Shown one piece after another: positions 36,930 to 48,700 of a stretch of 64,000 bases of DNA. The number at the start of each line of letters is the position of its first letter. The first letter of the stretch is position 1. The stretch covers positions 1-64,000 of the IMG/VR virus record IMGVR_UViG_3300032116_000032. One strand, given 5' to 3'. This DNA is from a virus. The notes under the pieces were generated by a model. That model searched no databases. It worked only from the letters and a program-made list of their open reading frames with translations, and was not told the origin of the DNA. Position numbers and translations under genes: made by a program.

Positions 36930-37418
36930 ATGGCTGATTTATTAATGAAAATGCCGATCCCTTACGAACCGAAAAGGGAGAACCGATGGATCTTAAGATT
37001 CCCTTCATCACTTGGAATTAACGAGTGGTATGTGGAAAGTGCGTCAAGACCAAAACTTACGATCAACTCAAAAGAGATCGAATTTTTAAATACTTCAACG
37101 TTTGTTGCTGGTAGATTTAAATGGGATGCAATTTCAGTTAAATTCCGTGACCCTATTGGACCTTCAGCATCACAAGCTATTATGGAGTGGATTCGTTTAT
37201 GTGCTGAGTCGGTAACGGGACGTATGGGTTATGCAGCAGGTTACAAAAAAAATGTTGACCTTGAAATGTTGGATCCAACAGGGGTAGTTGTTGAAAAATG
37301 GATATTAGAAGGAGCATTTCTTTTAGGGTATGATGGAGGTTCTTTAGCTTACAACTCTGATAATATCGCAGGTATCACATGTCAAATGCAAATGGATAGA
37401 TGTATCTTAGTATACTAA
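36930..37418 (+). CDS. Tail tube protein (gp19-like)
   Basis: YEPKRENRWIL, SRPKL, GRFKWDAISVKFRDPI, LDPTGVVVEKW. It is 162 aa and lies downstream of the sheath. Confidence 0.88.
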   Translation: MADLLMKMPIPYEPKRENRWILRFPSSLGINEWYVESASRPKLTINSKEIEFLNTSTFVAGRFKWDAISVKFRDPIGPSASQAIMEWIRLCAESVTGRMGYAAGYKKNVDLEMLDPTGVVVEKWILEGAFLLGYDGGSLAYNSDNIAGITCQMQMDRCILVY

Positions 37419-37440
37419 TCTAAATAATACTAAAACATAT

Positions 37441-37473
37441 AACCGTAGACTTTACAGTTTACGGTTTTTTTTT
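37441..37473 (+). terminator. Rho-independent terminator after the tube gene
   Basis: AACCGTAGAC-TTTACA-GTTTACGGTT followed by a T-run. Confidence 0.8.
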
Positions 37474-37500
37474 ATCATTTAAGTTGAAATTATATATAAT

Positions 37501-38271
37501 ATGGAACAAAATGAATATACAGTAGGTCACGGTAATTTGAATTTACCTCATGACGTTATAACTCTACCAACACAGGGGATTTTTTATAAATCAAAAAAGA
37601 AATCAGTTAAAGTGGGTTATTTGACTGCGGTTGATGAAAACATACTTTCAGATTACGATGGAACAAGAAATGTTACTGAGTCAATTATTCTACCATTGTT
37701 AAGGAACAAAGTATATGAAAGAGAAATCAGACCTGAAGAACTTTTAGATGGAGATGTTGAAGCAATCTTGTTGTTCTTAAGAAACACAGCTTTTGGACCT
37801 GAATACAAAGTGACAGTCACAGATCCCGTAACCGAACAAAAATTTACTTCAACAATTAAGTTAGATGAACTTAATTTCAAAAAGACAGAGGTAGAACCTG
37901 ATGAAAACGGACTTTTCAATGTGACATTACCTATGTCAAAAAACAAAGTAACTTTAAAATTATTATCAATATATGATACGTTAGAAATTAACGCAATTTT
38001 AAAATCGTATCCTTCTGACAGAACTGCACCGACAATCACAACTAAGTTGAACAAGCACATTGTAAGTTTAAATGGTGATACGGACAGAATTAAAATTTCA
38101 ACATTTGTTGAAAGTATGCCAATTGCTGATTCTAAATTTATTAGAAGATTTCTAGTTGATAACGAACCAAGATTAGATTTAAGAAAAGAAGTAATAGCCC
38201 CGTCAGGAGAAAGAGTAATGGTCAACATTGCTTTTGGGGTGGAGTTTTTTCGGCCTTTCTTCGCAATATAA
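37501..38271 (+). CDS. Tail/baseplate-hub assembly chaperone (gp26-like)
   Basis: LPTQGIFY, LTAVDENIL and a terminal FGVEFFRP. It lies between the tube and tape-measure-like genes. Confidence 0.7.
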   Translation: MEQNEYTVGHGNLNLPHDVITLPTQGIFYKSKKKSVKVGYLTAVDENILSDYDGTRNVTESIILPLLRNKVYEREIRPEELLDGDVEAILLFLRNTAFGPEYKVTVTDPVTEQKFTSTIKLDELNFKKTEVEPDENGLFNVTLPMSKNKVTLKLLSIYDTLEINAILKSYPSDRTAPTITTKLNKHIVSLNGDTDRIKISTFVESMPIADSKFIRRFLVDNEPRLDLRKEVIAPSGERVMVNIAFGVEFFRPFFAI

Positions 38272-38404
38272 GATAACCATATTAGATGAGTTTTATTATT
38301 TCTCTAAAATTTTTAGAACACAATATTCTGAGTTTATGTCTATGCCTACATACATAAGAAAATATTTAATTAACAAATATGTTGAAGAAATTGAAAATAA
38401 ATAA
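38249..38404 (+). CDS. Unannotated +1-frame extension of the chaperone (candidate programmed frameshift product)
   Basis: The +1 frame is open from 38219 to 38404 and reads FGLSSQYKITILDEFYYFSKIFRTQYSEFMSMPTYIRKYLINKYVEEIENK. It fills the otherwise empty gap before 38436. Confidence 0.6.
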   Translation, partial: FGLSSQYKITILDEFYYFSKIFRTQYSEFMSMPTYIRKYLINKYVEEIENK

Positions 38405-38435
38405 AATGATATTTATGAGTAAATAGGTAATTAGA

Positions 38436-40280
38436 ATGAGTGATGAAAAGACATATAGTAAAGAAGAAATTGATAAGTTAGTCAAGGAAGCCTACAAAAA
38501 AGGTAGGAAAGAATCTGGTGATGATGATGGAGACGAAAAACCCGATCTACTTAATTTTGAAAAAGATTATGTAAAAAGTTGGCAAATTGGTCTAAAGGAT
38601 ATTAAAGATATTACTCAAGAAACAATGAAAGCAGTTGCCGATTCTTTTGTTGATCAAAGTTTAGGTGAAAATACTTTTATTAAATTATTAGATCAACAAG
38701 CTACTGAACTTTCTGCACAATTTGGTGTTGGAAAGGGTAGGATGGAGGAATTCCGTCAATCTATCGCAGATGTGTCTCCTGCTCTTATAAGAATGGGTAT
38801 AGACCAAGAAACTGCAATCAAGAACATAGGTAAAATGGGTGAGGCATTGGGATCCGCGGCAAGTTTAGGAAGTGAGGCTATAATTGAACTATCCGCCGCT
38901 TCTAAAGCAACTGGACAAGATGTTGGTGTTTTAACTGGAAAATTCAGAGAAGTCGGTATATCGGTTTATGATGTCGGTGAAAAAATGTTAGAAGTTGCAA
39001 ATTCTGCAAGAGCTGCTGGTGTTTCAGTCGGTGCGGTATCTTCAGCTGTTGCCACAAACATAGGAAAATTAAACGTATATAATTTTGAAGGTGGTATTAA
39101 CGGTCTAACAAAAATGTCTATACAGGCATCTAGACTTGGTGTTGATATGGGTAAAGTATTCAAAATTGCCGATGATTTATTCTCACCTGAAAAAGCGATT
39201 GAGTTATCAGCATCATTACAAAGATTAGGTGTTACATCAAGTGGGTTGTTAGATCCATTAAGAGCGATGGACATGGCTCAAAACGATCCTGAAGCCTTAC
39301 AAAAAGAAATAGTCAATATGTCAAAAGAATTTACCAAGTTCAATGAACAAACAGGTAAATTTGAAATTATGCCAGGGTCAAAACGAAGATTAAGAGAGGT
39401 TGCCGAAGCTATGGGTATGACTGCTGAAGAGTTAGCAGGTATGTCAATAAAAGCTTCTGAGTTCGACAAAAAAATGTCACAAATCAAATTACCAAGTTTT
39501 GCTGAGGGTAATGAAGAAACTAAAGAACTCATTGCTAGTATGGCACAGATGAAGGATGGTGTTGCCACGGTTAATGTAAAAGATGAAAAAACAGGTGAAG
39601 TATTATTAAAACAAGTTGATCAATTAACACCCGAGGATATTGAAAAACTAAAAGAGTCTCAAACAACTCAGGCTCAAACCGTTGAAGAGTTAGCTTATGA
39701 TCAATTAACAGAGTTACAACAGATTAATTATAGTATATCGGGAACAAAGGCTGCAGTTGGGTTTGGGAAAGCTACTTCAGAACCAATCGAAAAACTCTTC
39801 ACAACTATGATGGGTATCAATAAAGATGTTGCCGTGGGCATGAATAGAGGTGTAACGACAAAATCTATTAGAGAACCATTAACACAACTAACCCAACCAA
39901 TTGAAGATGCAATAACCTCATTATTGAAAGAAGATAAAGAAGGTGCGAATTTAGCATTAACTAATTTTTTAACAAACGCCGCTAAAATAGAAGAAGAATC
40001 AAAAGTTAAAATTCAAGCTTCATTTGATGCAACTTTAAAAAGTATTCAGGATACATTTAATAAAGCGTATAATCCACAAAAACCTGCAGAGGGACAAGTA
40101 ATAACCGTTAATTGGAATATTTCAGGTGATCCTAATATTACTAAAAACGTTGATCAAGAAACCGTCAATAAAATGATGATCAAAGGATCGGACACTCCTG
40201 AGGTTAAAGTCAATTTAAATAGTAATTTAAATTCTAAAAACGCACCATCAGCTATGACAGGAGGAAAAAATCAACCTTAA
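38436..40280 (+). CDS. Tape-measure-like tail protein
   Basis: Helical Ala/Gly/Lys/Glu-rich 614-aa protein directly after the tail chaperone. Confidence 0.6.
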   Translation: MSDEKTYSKEEIDKLVKEAYKKGRKESGDDDGDEKPDLLNFEKDYVKSWQIGLKDIKDITQETMKAVADSFVDQSLGENTFIKLLDQQATELSAQFGVGKGRMEEFRQSIADVSPALIRMGIDQETAIKNIGKMGEALGSAASLGSEAIIELSAASKATGQDVGVLTGKFREVGISVYDVGEKMLEVANSARAAGVSVGAVSSAVATNIGKLNVYNFEGGINGLTKMSIQASRLGVDMGKVFKIADDLFSPEKAIELSASLQRLGVTSSGLLDPLRAMDMAQNDPEALQKEIVNMSKEFTKFNEQTGKFEIMPGSKRRLREVAEAMGMTAEELAGMSIKASEFDKKMSQIKLPSFAEGNEETKELIASMAQMKDGVATVNVKDEKTGEVLLKQVDQLTPEDIEKLKESQTTQAQTVEELAYDQLTELQQINYSISGTKAAVGFGKATSEPIEKLFTTMMGINKDVAVGMNRGVTTKSIREPLTQLTQPIEDAITSLLKEDKEGANLALTNFLTNAAKIEEESKVKIQASFDATLKSIQDTFNKAYNPQKPAEGQVITVNWNISGDPNITKNVDQETVNKMMIKGSDTPEVKVNLNSNLNSKNAPSAMTGGKNQP

Positions 40281-40327
40281 TATACTATTCAAAAAAATAG
40301 ACTATAATCTATTTATAAAATAAAAGT

Positions 40328-43300
40328 ATGGCTGAGAGTTTTTTATCTTTTGGTAACTCAGAATTGTTTAGAAAACAGTTATTAGTTAGAAATTTACAAC
40401 CCTATGGAGTACCAGGTGCTTATACATCACCTGGTAACCCTGTAAATTATGAAACAAATTTAACAGTTTCTAATGTGGTAGATTCGCCTAATAATTACGT
40501 TTCAACAAATATATTTGCTTCTGACCTTTATCCTTTAAATGAATATGGACCTGAAGGTGGTTTTGGAAACCCAATTGGTGTTAATCTTACACCGGTTTTA
40601 GAACCAAATCAAGGACCATACTACCCAATTAATGGAGAACAAAGTCAAGGATTGGTACTTGTAAATGAATTCTTTATAGAATCCGCATACGTAACTAACA
40701 GATGGGGACCATCAGGAGGATATAAAGATTTAGTCATTATAACAGATGTTCAACAATCAGGACTTATATACCAACCATATTGGTACCCTGGTTATTATAG
40801 TTATTCTAGTTACTCAACATACGGAATAGTTTTTTCGGACGATCCGTTGGGGTCAAATGGACCTTTATCTGCCGATAGTTATTTGGCAAAAATTGGTGCA
40901 GAACAATTAAAGTTTGCCTTCAATGAAAGAATTGCACAAGAATTAGAACAGGCAACAATTGGTGCTATTAACTTAGATACAATATCTGATCCTTTCTCTG
41001 CGAGTTTATTAGCAACAGGACAACAACCATTCTTTATACGAAATTGGAAAATTACAGTTCCTGAAAATCCCGCTTTGGCTGCGGTATCTTTAGCTAATAG
41101 ATTAACAGGTACTTATTTCCCTGTTTCATTTATCCCTGGTGATTATTTTGATGATGATAATCCTATTAATGGACCACAAAATGCTGCGGCCTTAGGTGTT
41201 GCGAATAATCTAACAGGTGGTTTGTTAGCACCGATATTGAATAAGTATAGAAGTCCATCTGAAGTATTTGTTGCAAATACAGGTAATGGTCAAAGATCTG
41301 CATTATTTTCGGCATTAGATTATAACCTTTATAGACCGGCCTATAATAGAGGTATAGTTGGTGGTCTGATTGCGGGTGCATCGGCAGCAGTAAATAGATT
41401 ATTTGACCAAGACAAAGCTCAATCTTCGGGATATTATGTTGGTAGTGAAAATGCTGAACCATCACAAATTGATGGACCCCCTAATCAATTACCTGTTAAT
41501 CAATTTGGAGTTCAACAACAAACTATAGTTTATGGACCACAAGAGTTAGGTATTTTATATGAAGGTAATGAAAACCAACTTAATTTCGGATTGAAAGGTA
41601 AATCTTATACTGATGGAGGTGGAACATCAGGTCAAATGGTTTGGACTTCACCAAAGTATAAAGGGGATGCTGGTTTCCATGCGACTGTGGGTGGTGGTGC
41701 AGGAAGTTTAGATGACGAGTTTAATCAGATTTCAGGTGATTATTTAAGATATCAATCAATAGATGTTCCTTTCAGACCTGGTTCTATTCTTTATGAGACA
41801 CAAAGATTAGTAGATTCGGCGGATCAAGTACAAGGACAAGCAAGGTTAAAACATGTTGGGACGGCAATCAATCAAGTCTCAAAAGTTTTTAATGATGGTT
41901 ATAAAGAATTAACGAAAGGTTCTAGAGTTTTATCTTATGTTAATCAAGCGGACGGAACTCAAGCAGGATTAGAATATTGTAGAGTGTTCCAAAAAGATAC
42001 TCCATATTACACATATGCTGACTTACAAAAAGTTGACGGTATAACAACTTCAGGTAGAAGATTCGACTATTCAATATTTGATAATACATACAACTTAAAC
42101 ATTGCACCTTTAAGAAATCCGGGCTCAACAAATATTGTTGACGGTAAAGTTAAAAAGTATATGTTCTCAATTGAAAACTTGGCTTGGAGAACTTCAGACA
42201 GACCGGGTTACACTTACGATGATTTACCTGTTTGTGAGAAAGGACCAAATGGAGGAAGAATTATGTGGTTCCCACCATATAATGTTAAGTTTAGTGATGA
42301 CACCAAACCCGATTTTAATGCAACAAGCTTCATAGGCAGACCCGAACCAATTTACACTTATAAGAATACATCCAGAAGTGGACAGATCAGTTGGACCATC
42401 ATTGTGGATAATCCATCCATGATGAACACTATTATTGAAAAACAAATGAAAGGTGCATCAAAAGACAGAATTCAAAGTATAATTGATTCATTCTATGCTG
42501 GTTGTACTAAATATGATATATATGAATTAGGTATTAAATTTAATACTATACCAACAAAAGATTTATACACTTATCAACAAATTTTAAACAACCCAAGACT
42601 AACCACTGAAGAACAAGTAGAAGTTTTACAAAGTATACCTACAAATCAAGAAACTACAAATGCTAATGATGCTTCAGGTGCCGATGGTACTGAAGGAACT
42701 ACAGGTACTGGTAATCAACAAGCCCAAAACATCCAATATGTGGATGCTGATTTAAGTAATTACGTTGGGTATGGTTTTTATTTTGAGAATGATGTTCCTG
42801 GAGGACCTAATGGGACAAAACCTGGAGAAAACAAAGAAGGTGGTACTTCTGCTTACAATTACGATTACTATTATAATCAATATATAGGTTTAGAACCAAC
42901 TTATTTGCAACAAGCACCTCAAACTGTTTATGTTGGTACGGACCAATTTACAAAAGAAGGTATCCCAAACTTCTTCTCAACAGTGGTTACAGGAAACTTT
43001 AACATAATTCAAACCGACTTGATTCAAAAACAATTGAATGAAATTTTAGTTGATAAAAAAGGTAAGGTTGAAATAGAACTCGTTGGGTCGGCATCTGCAC
43101 CACAAAAAGTTTCTTACAACAAAAAATTATCAGAAAGAAGAAATGATTCAGTTAAAAAATGGTTTTTAGCGCAAAAACTTAAAGATGGAAAAACTTTACA
43201 AGAATATCAATCTGCTGGATTTTTTAAGATGACATTAAACGCTAATGGAGAACAACTTGTGATCCCAAAAACCAAAGAAGAAGCCGCAGCCACAACAGGA

Positions 43301-45442
43301 GATACAACCGATATTAGTGTAACAAATGCTCAAGGGGGTAATGTTCTAAATGCTAGTGTTAACTGTACTAAAAATATAACGTTAGTTGCGACAGAGAACC
43401 CAACTTCAGGAGATATTCAAGAATCAAGTAAAGCTCAATGGTATAGTATTCCTGCAATGGCTTGTCGTAGAGTTGCGATCCAAAGGATTAAAGCGGAAAT
43501 TCCAAAAGATGAAACTCCGCAACCAAGTCCTGTACCGCCAAAACCGGTACCAACACCTGTCCCGAACATTCTTACAGGTCAGACTCAAAGTATTAAACCT
43601 GAACCTAAAATTACTATTGAACAAAAAATTAAAGAAGGTATTTCTAAAAAAATATTAAGAAATCTTTTTACTGAGTGTGATTATTTCCAAATCATAAAAG
43701 AAAGTGATCCTATGATATACGATTCTATAAAAGATAGAATTAAATATTTTAGTCCTGCTTTCCACTCGATGACACCTGAAGGTTTAAATGCTCGTTTGAC
43801 TTTCTTACAACAATGTATGAGACCTGGTCAAACAATTCCTGTTATAGGTGCCGACGGTAGACCAAAATATAATGACGCATTAAATACTACATTTGGTGCA
43901 CCACCAATTCTGATTTTAAGATTTGGTGACTTTTATCATACCAAAATAGTGCCGACAAATCTTGGTATTAGTTACGACCCACTTCATTTAGATATAAATC
44001 CTGAAGGGATTGGAGTACAACCAATGTTGGCTAACATATCATTGTCTTTTAATATAATTGGAGGTATGGGTCTTAAAGAACCAGTCCAAGAATTACAAAA
44101 CGCACTTTCTTTCAATTATTATGCTAATACAGAAATTTATGATGAAAGAGCAACCGCAACTGAAGATACGAGTAAGATGGATCAATACGTTGTTCAAAAA
44201 ATAACTTCTGCATTCCCAACTGTAAGTTCACAGGAAGCGGCAAACATAGTTAATAACGTACAACCTAAAAAAGGTGGAAGTACTATGGGTGTAATTGCAA
44301 GTGATACCGATATTGACTATACAACTCTATTAACTTCATTACAAGACGGACTACAAGGATATTTTAAAGCCTATTATGATGCGATTAGTAAAATTAATAC
44401 GGATTATAATTTTGGAGTTTTACAAATTGCATTACAAGATAAATCATATACTGAAGGAGAACTTTCAGAATATACAAATGATAAAGTTAAAACCACACTT
44501 TATGGTAAAAGTAATAATTATCAAGAATATGTTGAGAACTTAATCAAAGAAGTTAAAAAAGACATTGAACAAAATGATGACCCAATTCTTTCTTATTTGA
44601 AGGGAGAAAACCAAATGACAAATAAAATTAAAAGAGAATTAGAAGATAAATTACAAGCGTATGCAACACAAAGACAACAACCAATTTTAGATGTTATAAC
44701 AAACAACACATCAAACATAACAAAAGTTGAAACTGATTTAAATTATTTGTTTAGACAATTAGATGTTGTATCTGATAAATTAGATGGTTATTTAGGATCC
44801 AATAACGAACCAATTGGATATGATCTAAGTGGAGATACTTTCTTTGGGCCAGCAACTACAGATGGAACATTAGCTAATTTATATACCAAAAAAGTACCTG
44901 AAACGATAACCAAGTTTGAAAAACTTTTGGAAAGTTATAAAATAATATCGAAAGATGGATTCTTTAAAAAGAGAACATCAACTATTGAAAATGGGAGTGG
45001 TTGTAAATTTGTGGTAAATAATCAAGGATATTTTGGTTTGAATGGTGATTGTCCTTGGAATAGATTTTATATCGCAATGTCCCCTTTATTTACTAAAGAA
45101 CAATCATATACTGAATTTGTAAATGATTTGGTAAGTGGACCTGAAATAAAAAATAACCCAACTATTATCGACTTAGTAAAAAGGGCGTGTAACAATGTAA
45201 AAGAAGATTACATTCCATTCCAAGAAATATGGACAAAAGTTTTTACTGATATAGAAAAATCACAAGATTATGTTACAGTTACAACATTTAAATTACCCGA
45301 CGGACAAGTGAAGGTGTGTAACTATAAAACACCAATAACCGACAACACAAATCAAAAAAACAAAAAATTAAAAGACCTGTACTCAAGTGTTAACTTGAAC
45401 GACAATAAAAAGACCTTCAATGGTAAAGTAACATTCAATTAA
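40328..45442 (+). CDS. Large baseplate/tail-initiator protein with an inserted OmpA-like domain
   Basis: Tube-initiator-like segments (FPPYNVKFSD...IGRPEPIYTYKNTSRSG; PPILILRFGD) flank IELVGSAS...YNKKLSERRNDSV. Confidence 0.6.
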   Translation: MAESFLSFGNSELFRKQLLVRNLQPYGVPGAYTSPGNPVNYETNLTVSNVVDSPNNYVSTNIFASDLYPLNEYGPEGGFGNPIGVNLTPVLEPNQGPYYPINGEQSQGLVLVNEFFIESAYVTNRWGPSGGYKDLVIITDVQQSGLIYQPYWYPGYYSYSSYSTYGIVFSDDPLGSNGPLSADSYLAKIGAEQLKFAFNERIAQELEQATIGAINLDTISDPFSASLLATGQQPFFIRNWKITVPENPALAAVSLANRLTGTYFPVSFIPGDYFDDDNPINGPQNAAALGVANNLTGGLLAPILNKYRSPSEVFVANTGNGQRSALFSALDYNLYRPAYNRGIVGGLIAGASAAVNRLFDQDKAQSSGYYVGSENAEPSQIDGPPNQLPVNQFGVQQQTIVYGPQELGILYEGNENQLNFGLKGKSYTDGGGTSGQMVWTSPKYKGDAGFHATVGGGAGSLDDEFNQISGDYLRYQSIDVPFRPGSILYETQRLVDSADQVQGQARLKHVGTAINQVSKVFNDGYKELTKGSRVLSYVNQADGTQAGLEYCRVFQKDTPYYTYADLQKVDGITTSGRRFDYSIFDNTYNLNIAPLRNPGSTNIVDGKVKKYMFSIENLAWRTSDRPGYTYDDLPVCEKGPNGGRIMWFPPYNVKFSDDTKPDFNATSFIGRPEPIYTYKNTSRSGQISWTIIVDNPSMMNTIIEKQMKGASKDRIQSIIDSFYAGCTKYDIYELGIKFNTIPTKDLYTYQQILNNPRLTTEEQVEVLQSIPTNQETTNANDASGADGTEGTTGTGNQQAQNIQYVDADLSNYVGYGFYFENDVPGGPNGTKPGENKEGGTSAYNYDYYYNQYIGLEPTYLQQAPQTVYVGTDQFTKEGIPNFFSTVVTGNFNIIQTDLIQKQLNEILVDKKGKVEIELVGSASAPQKVSYNKKLSERRNDSVKKWFLAQKLKDGKTLQEYQSAGFFKMTLNANGEQLVIPKTKEEAAATTGDTTDISVTNAQGGNVLNASVNCTKNITLVATENPTSGDIQESSKAQWYSIPAMACRRVAIQRIKAEIPKDETPQPSPVPPKPVPTPVPNILTGQTQSIKPEPKITIEQKIKEGISKKILRNLFTECDYFQIIKESDPMIYDSIKDRIKYFSPAFHSMTPEGLNARLTFLQQCMRPGQTIPVIGADGRPKYNDALNTTFGAPPILILRFGDFYHTKIVPTNLGISYDPLHLDINPEGIGVQPMLANISLSFNIIGGMGLKEPVQELQNALSFNYYANTEIYDERATATEDTSKMDQYVVQKITSAFPTVSSQEAANIVNNVQPKKGGSTMGVIASDTDIDYTTLLTSLQDGLQGYFKAYYDAISKINTDYNFGVLQIALQDKSYTEGELSEYTNDKVKTTLYGKSNNYQEYVENLIKEVKKDIEQNDDPILSYLKGENQMTNKIKRELEDKLQAYATQRQQPILDVITNNTSNITKVETDLNYLFRQLDVVSDKLDGYLGSNNEPIGYDLSGDTFFGPATTDGTLANLYTKKVPETITKFEKLLESYKIISKDGFFKKRTSTIENGSGCKFVVNNQGYFGLNGDCPWNRFYIAMSPLFTKEQSYTEFVNDLVSGPEIKNNPTIIDLVKRACNNVKEDYIPFQEIWTKVFTDIEKSQDYVTVTTFKLPDGQVKVCNYKTPITDNTNQKNKKLKDLYSSVNLNDNKKTFNGKVTFN

Positions 45443-45443
45443 A

Positions 45444-45767
45444 ATGCCTTTTCAATATTGGAATAGATATACGAATTTTTTAATCAACGGAGAACAAACT
45501 GTTGTCCCCTTTGTACCAGTACCAGCAAAAACCTCAGATAAAAATTATATTTTTATAATTGGTCAATCAAGATTGGATAAAGCATCACAACAATTTTATG
45601 GATCACCCTACTTTGGATGGTTAATAATGGCGGCGAATCCCCAATATTCAGGAAATGAGTACTCAATACCTGATGGTGCTGTATTGACAATTCCATTTCC
45701 GTTAGTAGCTTCTTTACAAGACTATAAAAACGCATTAGAAAATTACTTCTTCTACTATGGCAGATAA
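45444..45767 (+). CDS. LysM-like baseplate protein (gp53/P2 gpX-like)
   Basis: RLDKASQQFYGSPYFGWLIMAANP...IPDGAVLTIP. Confidence 0.75.
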   Translation: MPFQYWNRYTNFLINGEQTVVPFVPVPAKTSDKNYIFIIGQSRLDKASQQFYGSPYFGWLIMAANPQYSGNEYSIPDGAVLTIPFPLVASLQDYKNALENYFFYYGR

Positions 45768-48700
45768 CGGCGAAAATATATTAGTAGAATTTGACTACGA
45801 TAATATTACTTTAATTGACCCAAATAAATTAATTGACGAACAAGGTAATGTTAAGGACCGACTTGTAAAACAAGAGGACTTAGTTTTCTATGCAAATTTG
45901 GAATGTAATGTTTTACCAAGAACAAAATTAGCGGTAGGGTCTGCGATGAACGATCAACAAAGAACAATCTCTGTTGGTAAGATTAATTTTTTAAATCCTG
46001 GTCATAAAACATTTTTGGATACTGCTTGGTCAGATGAACTAACAGGTAAGGGTACTTTGGAAGGTAAAGGTGTTAACCAACCTAAATTAACCGCAGTTAA
46101 AAACCCAAACAAATCCGACGATTTTTATATAACTCAAAACCTTTGGTCAAATGGAACACCTGGCGCAGTTGATAATGGATTTTTAGGTATTAAAAGTATT
46201 AGATTTTCAATAGGTACAGATTTCTTACCTGTGATTGATATTGAATTAGAGGACGTTAAGGGTAGAGCTTTATTCGAAGGGGGTAATAGTTCACCATACT
46301 CAGCATTTTTTCAGTTACCATATCCACAGTTTACACTAACAATGAAGGGTTATTATGGAAAGGCGGTTAAGTTCCCTATTATGTTACAATCATTCAGTTC
46401 CAAATTCAATCCATCTTCCCATAATTTTGAAATATCATTAAAGTTCTACGGATACAAGTATACTCTATTATCTTACGTGAATTATGGATCACTGATGGCG
46501 GTTCCACACATGTATAATAACGTTGTTAATCAGGCTACCGTATCAAAGACGCAAGGAAGTAACACAAATGAACAATCTGCACAAACACCAACAATTGTTA
46601 GTAGAGGTTATCAAAAAATGAAAGAAATTTATTCTGATTATAAATCAAAAGGATTAATTCCTGATGATTTTCCAGAAATAACTTTGAACCAACTTAATTT
46701 TAGATTACAAAAATTTATTGACGATGTATTAAGTGAGTTTGCAAAAGAAAATCTTGGTGTTCTAACCGAGATGACAAATTATACAAACGCATTAACTTTG
46801 TACCAACAAAAAGTTTATTTGTATGGGTCTTCATGGTTCAATAATTATATGAATGTAAAATCACCCATAGTTTTAAAAAATGGGCAAAATATATATGACT
46901 TCAAACCTGACTTGGACGCTCAAAAACAAGAAACCGCTTTAACGGAACTTGATGGTATTATTAAAGACAATAATGCAAAATTAAACGAAAATAGTATTTT
47001 TGGAACAAACGGATCGTATACTGTTGGAAACAAAACAGTTCAGTCTAAAATATCTGTCCCAATAGAAATGAAGACATTTGCGAAAGGTGAGTTAATAACT
47101 AATGTAGATTTAGAAAAAACTTTCAGAGCATCACCAAACGCACCTAAAGGAACATTGTCACCTTTAAATACACCACAGACCGGATTGACCGCTACAGATT
47201 TGGCATTTGCAACATTTAAAACCAACTTGGAAACTAAATTTAAAGAAACGAATGGACAATTTTTTATTTTTGACGGACCCAATACCTTTATGAGTATTAC
47301 AGATACGGCTGGTAAATCTGCACAAAAGTTTAGAACTCAAATTGAACAACAAATTACAGAAAGTTTAGCATCTAAATTTAATAGTCAGGGTGAAAATAGT
47401 TTAGGATTTATTCCATCCATAAGAAACATATTGGCAATTTTTTATTGTCAAGGTGAGGCATTTTTAAGATTGTTAGATGAGGTTCATAAAAAAGCTTGGG
47501 ACCAAAGAGAAAACCCATATAGAAGGGCTGCTATTTTTGGAAATCAAACAACGGCCCCAAGTGTTGACATTAAAGACTCGACACAAAATAACGAACCAAT
47601 TTATCCTTGGCCACAAGTGATCCAAGAAACCGTTGGGGACGACAATCAAGAAAAGTTTCAAGTAATTTATCCTGGTGCTCAAAATGTTGCAAACTCATAT
47701 AGAGCTTACGATCCTGAAATATGGCCCGAGGTTGAATTTGTTGAACAATTTATTAAAGGGTACACTCAAAGACAAAACGACGCTGATAAAAGAGGTGCTG
47801 AATTTAATGAAATAGATCTACAACCATCTCGAATCTCTTTGAACGGAATTGATTTTCCTGTTTCAAATGAAGTATTTCAGAATAAAGAAGAGTCTAAATA
47901 CTTCTTTGAGATATATGAAAGACTTCTTTTGAATTCATATTACAGTAGACTAAACAGACAATCAGGTTATAATCTATCTATTTATGAAGCTGAAGCTGAT
48001 GATGAAGCTGTAAACATATTAAAAAGTCTTGGTCAAGATAATCCATTCTTATCTAAAACAATTAAAGAATATCTCTTAGATAGTAATAATTATTTACCAT
48101 TCTTAAGACATATATCAAATCAAGGTCAAGGTGAAAGTTGGCAATCATACATAAGAGGTGAGTTTGTTACTAACTATATCAAAAATGATGTAAGGAACCC
48201 AAATGTGTTATATAATGAGGATATTATTGTTTCTACTAAATCTCAACCTAACGTTTCTTTAAGTAACCCAAAAAATTTAACAAATTTAAATAAATACCTT
48301 GCAGGAACTTCAGTTTCTAATGTGTTTGAGTTTGGTGATACATACCCACTCACTGATTTAGATTGGGATAAAAAGAATTTGGCCGATGGTAAATCATTAA
48401 ACAATGCAAACGAAGCATTTGATACAAAAGATGTTTTAAACTACAACCCTATACAATTAACAATAACTAATTTCTTAGATAATACAAACGAAAATCAAAG
48501 GAGACCTTTTACACACTTCAATTTTGTAGACCTAAATGTAACCCCTAATCTTTTAATTCTTAAAAATTTTTATAAAGACAGAGAATACAAAGACCAACTA
48601 GTCACTGAAGGTAATATATCATACTCCAATTATTCAGGAAATGTGTTTTCTGAACAGACAACATCTATGTTGAATACACCTTACTTTATAAACGCAATAC

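Noticed and set aside
37653-39568. Antisense ORFs of 96-191 aa over the chaperone and tape-measure-like genes, and other short nested track ORFs throughout
   Set aside because: They are fully nested in motif-bearing genes, have no recognisable motifs or leaders, and are expected from codon bias.
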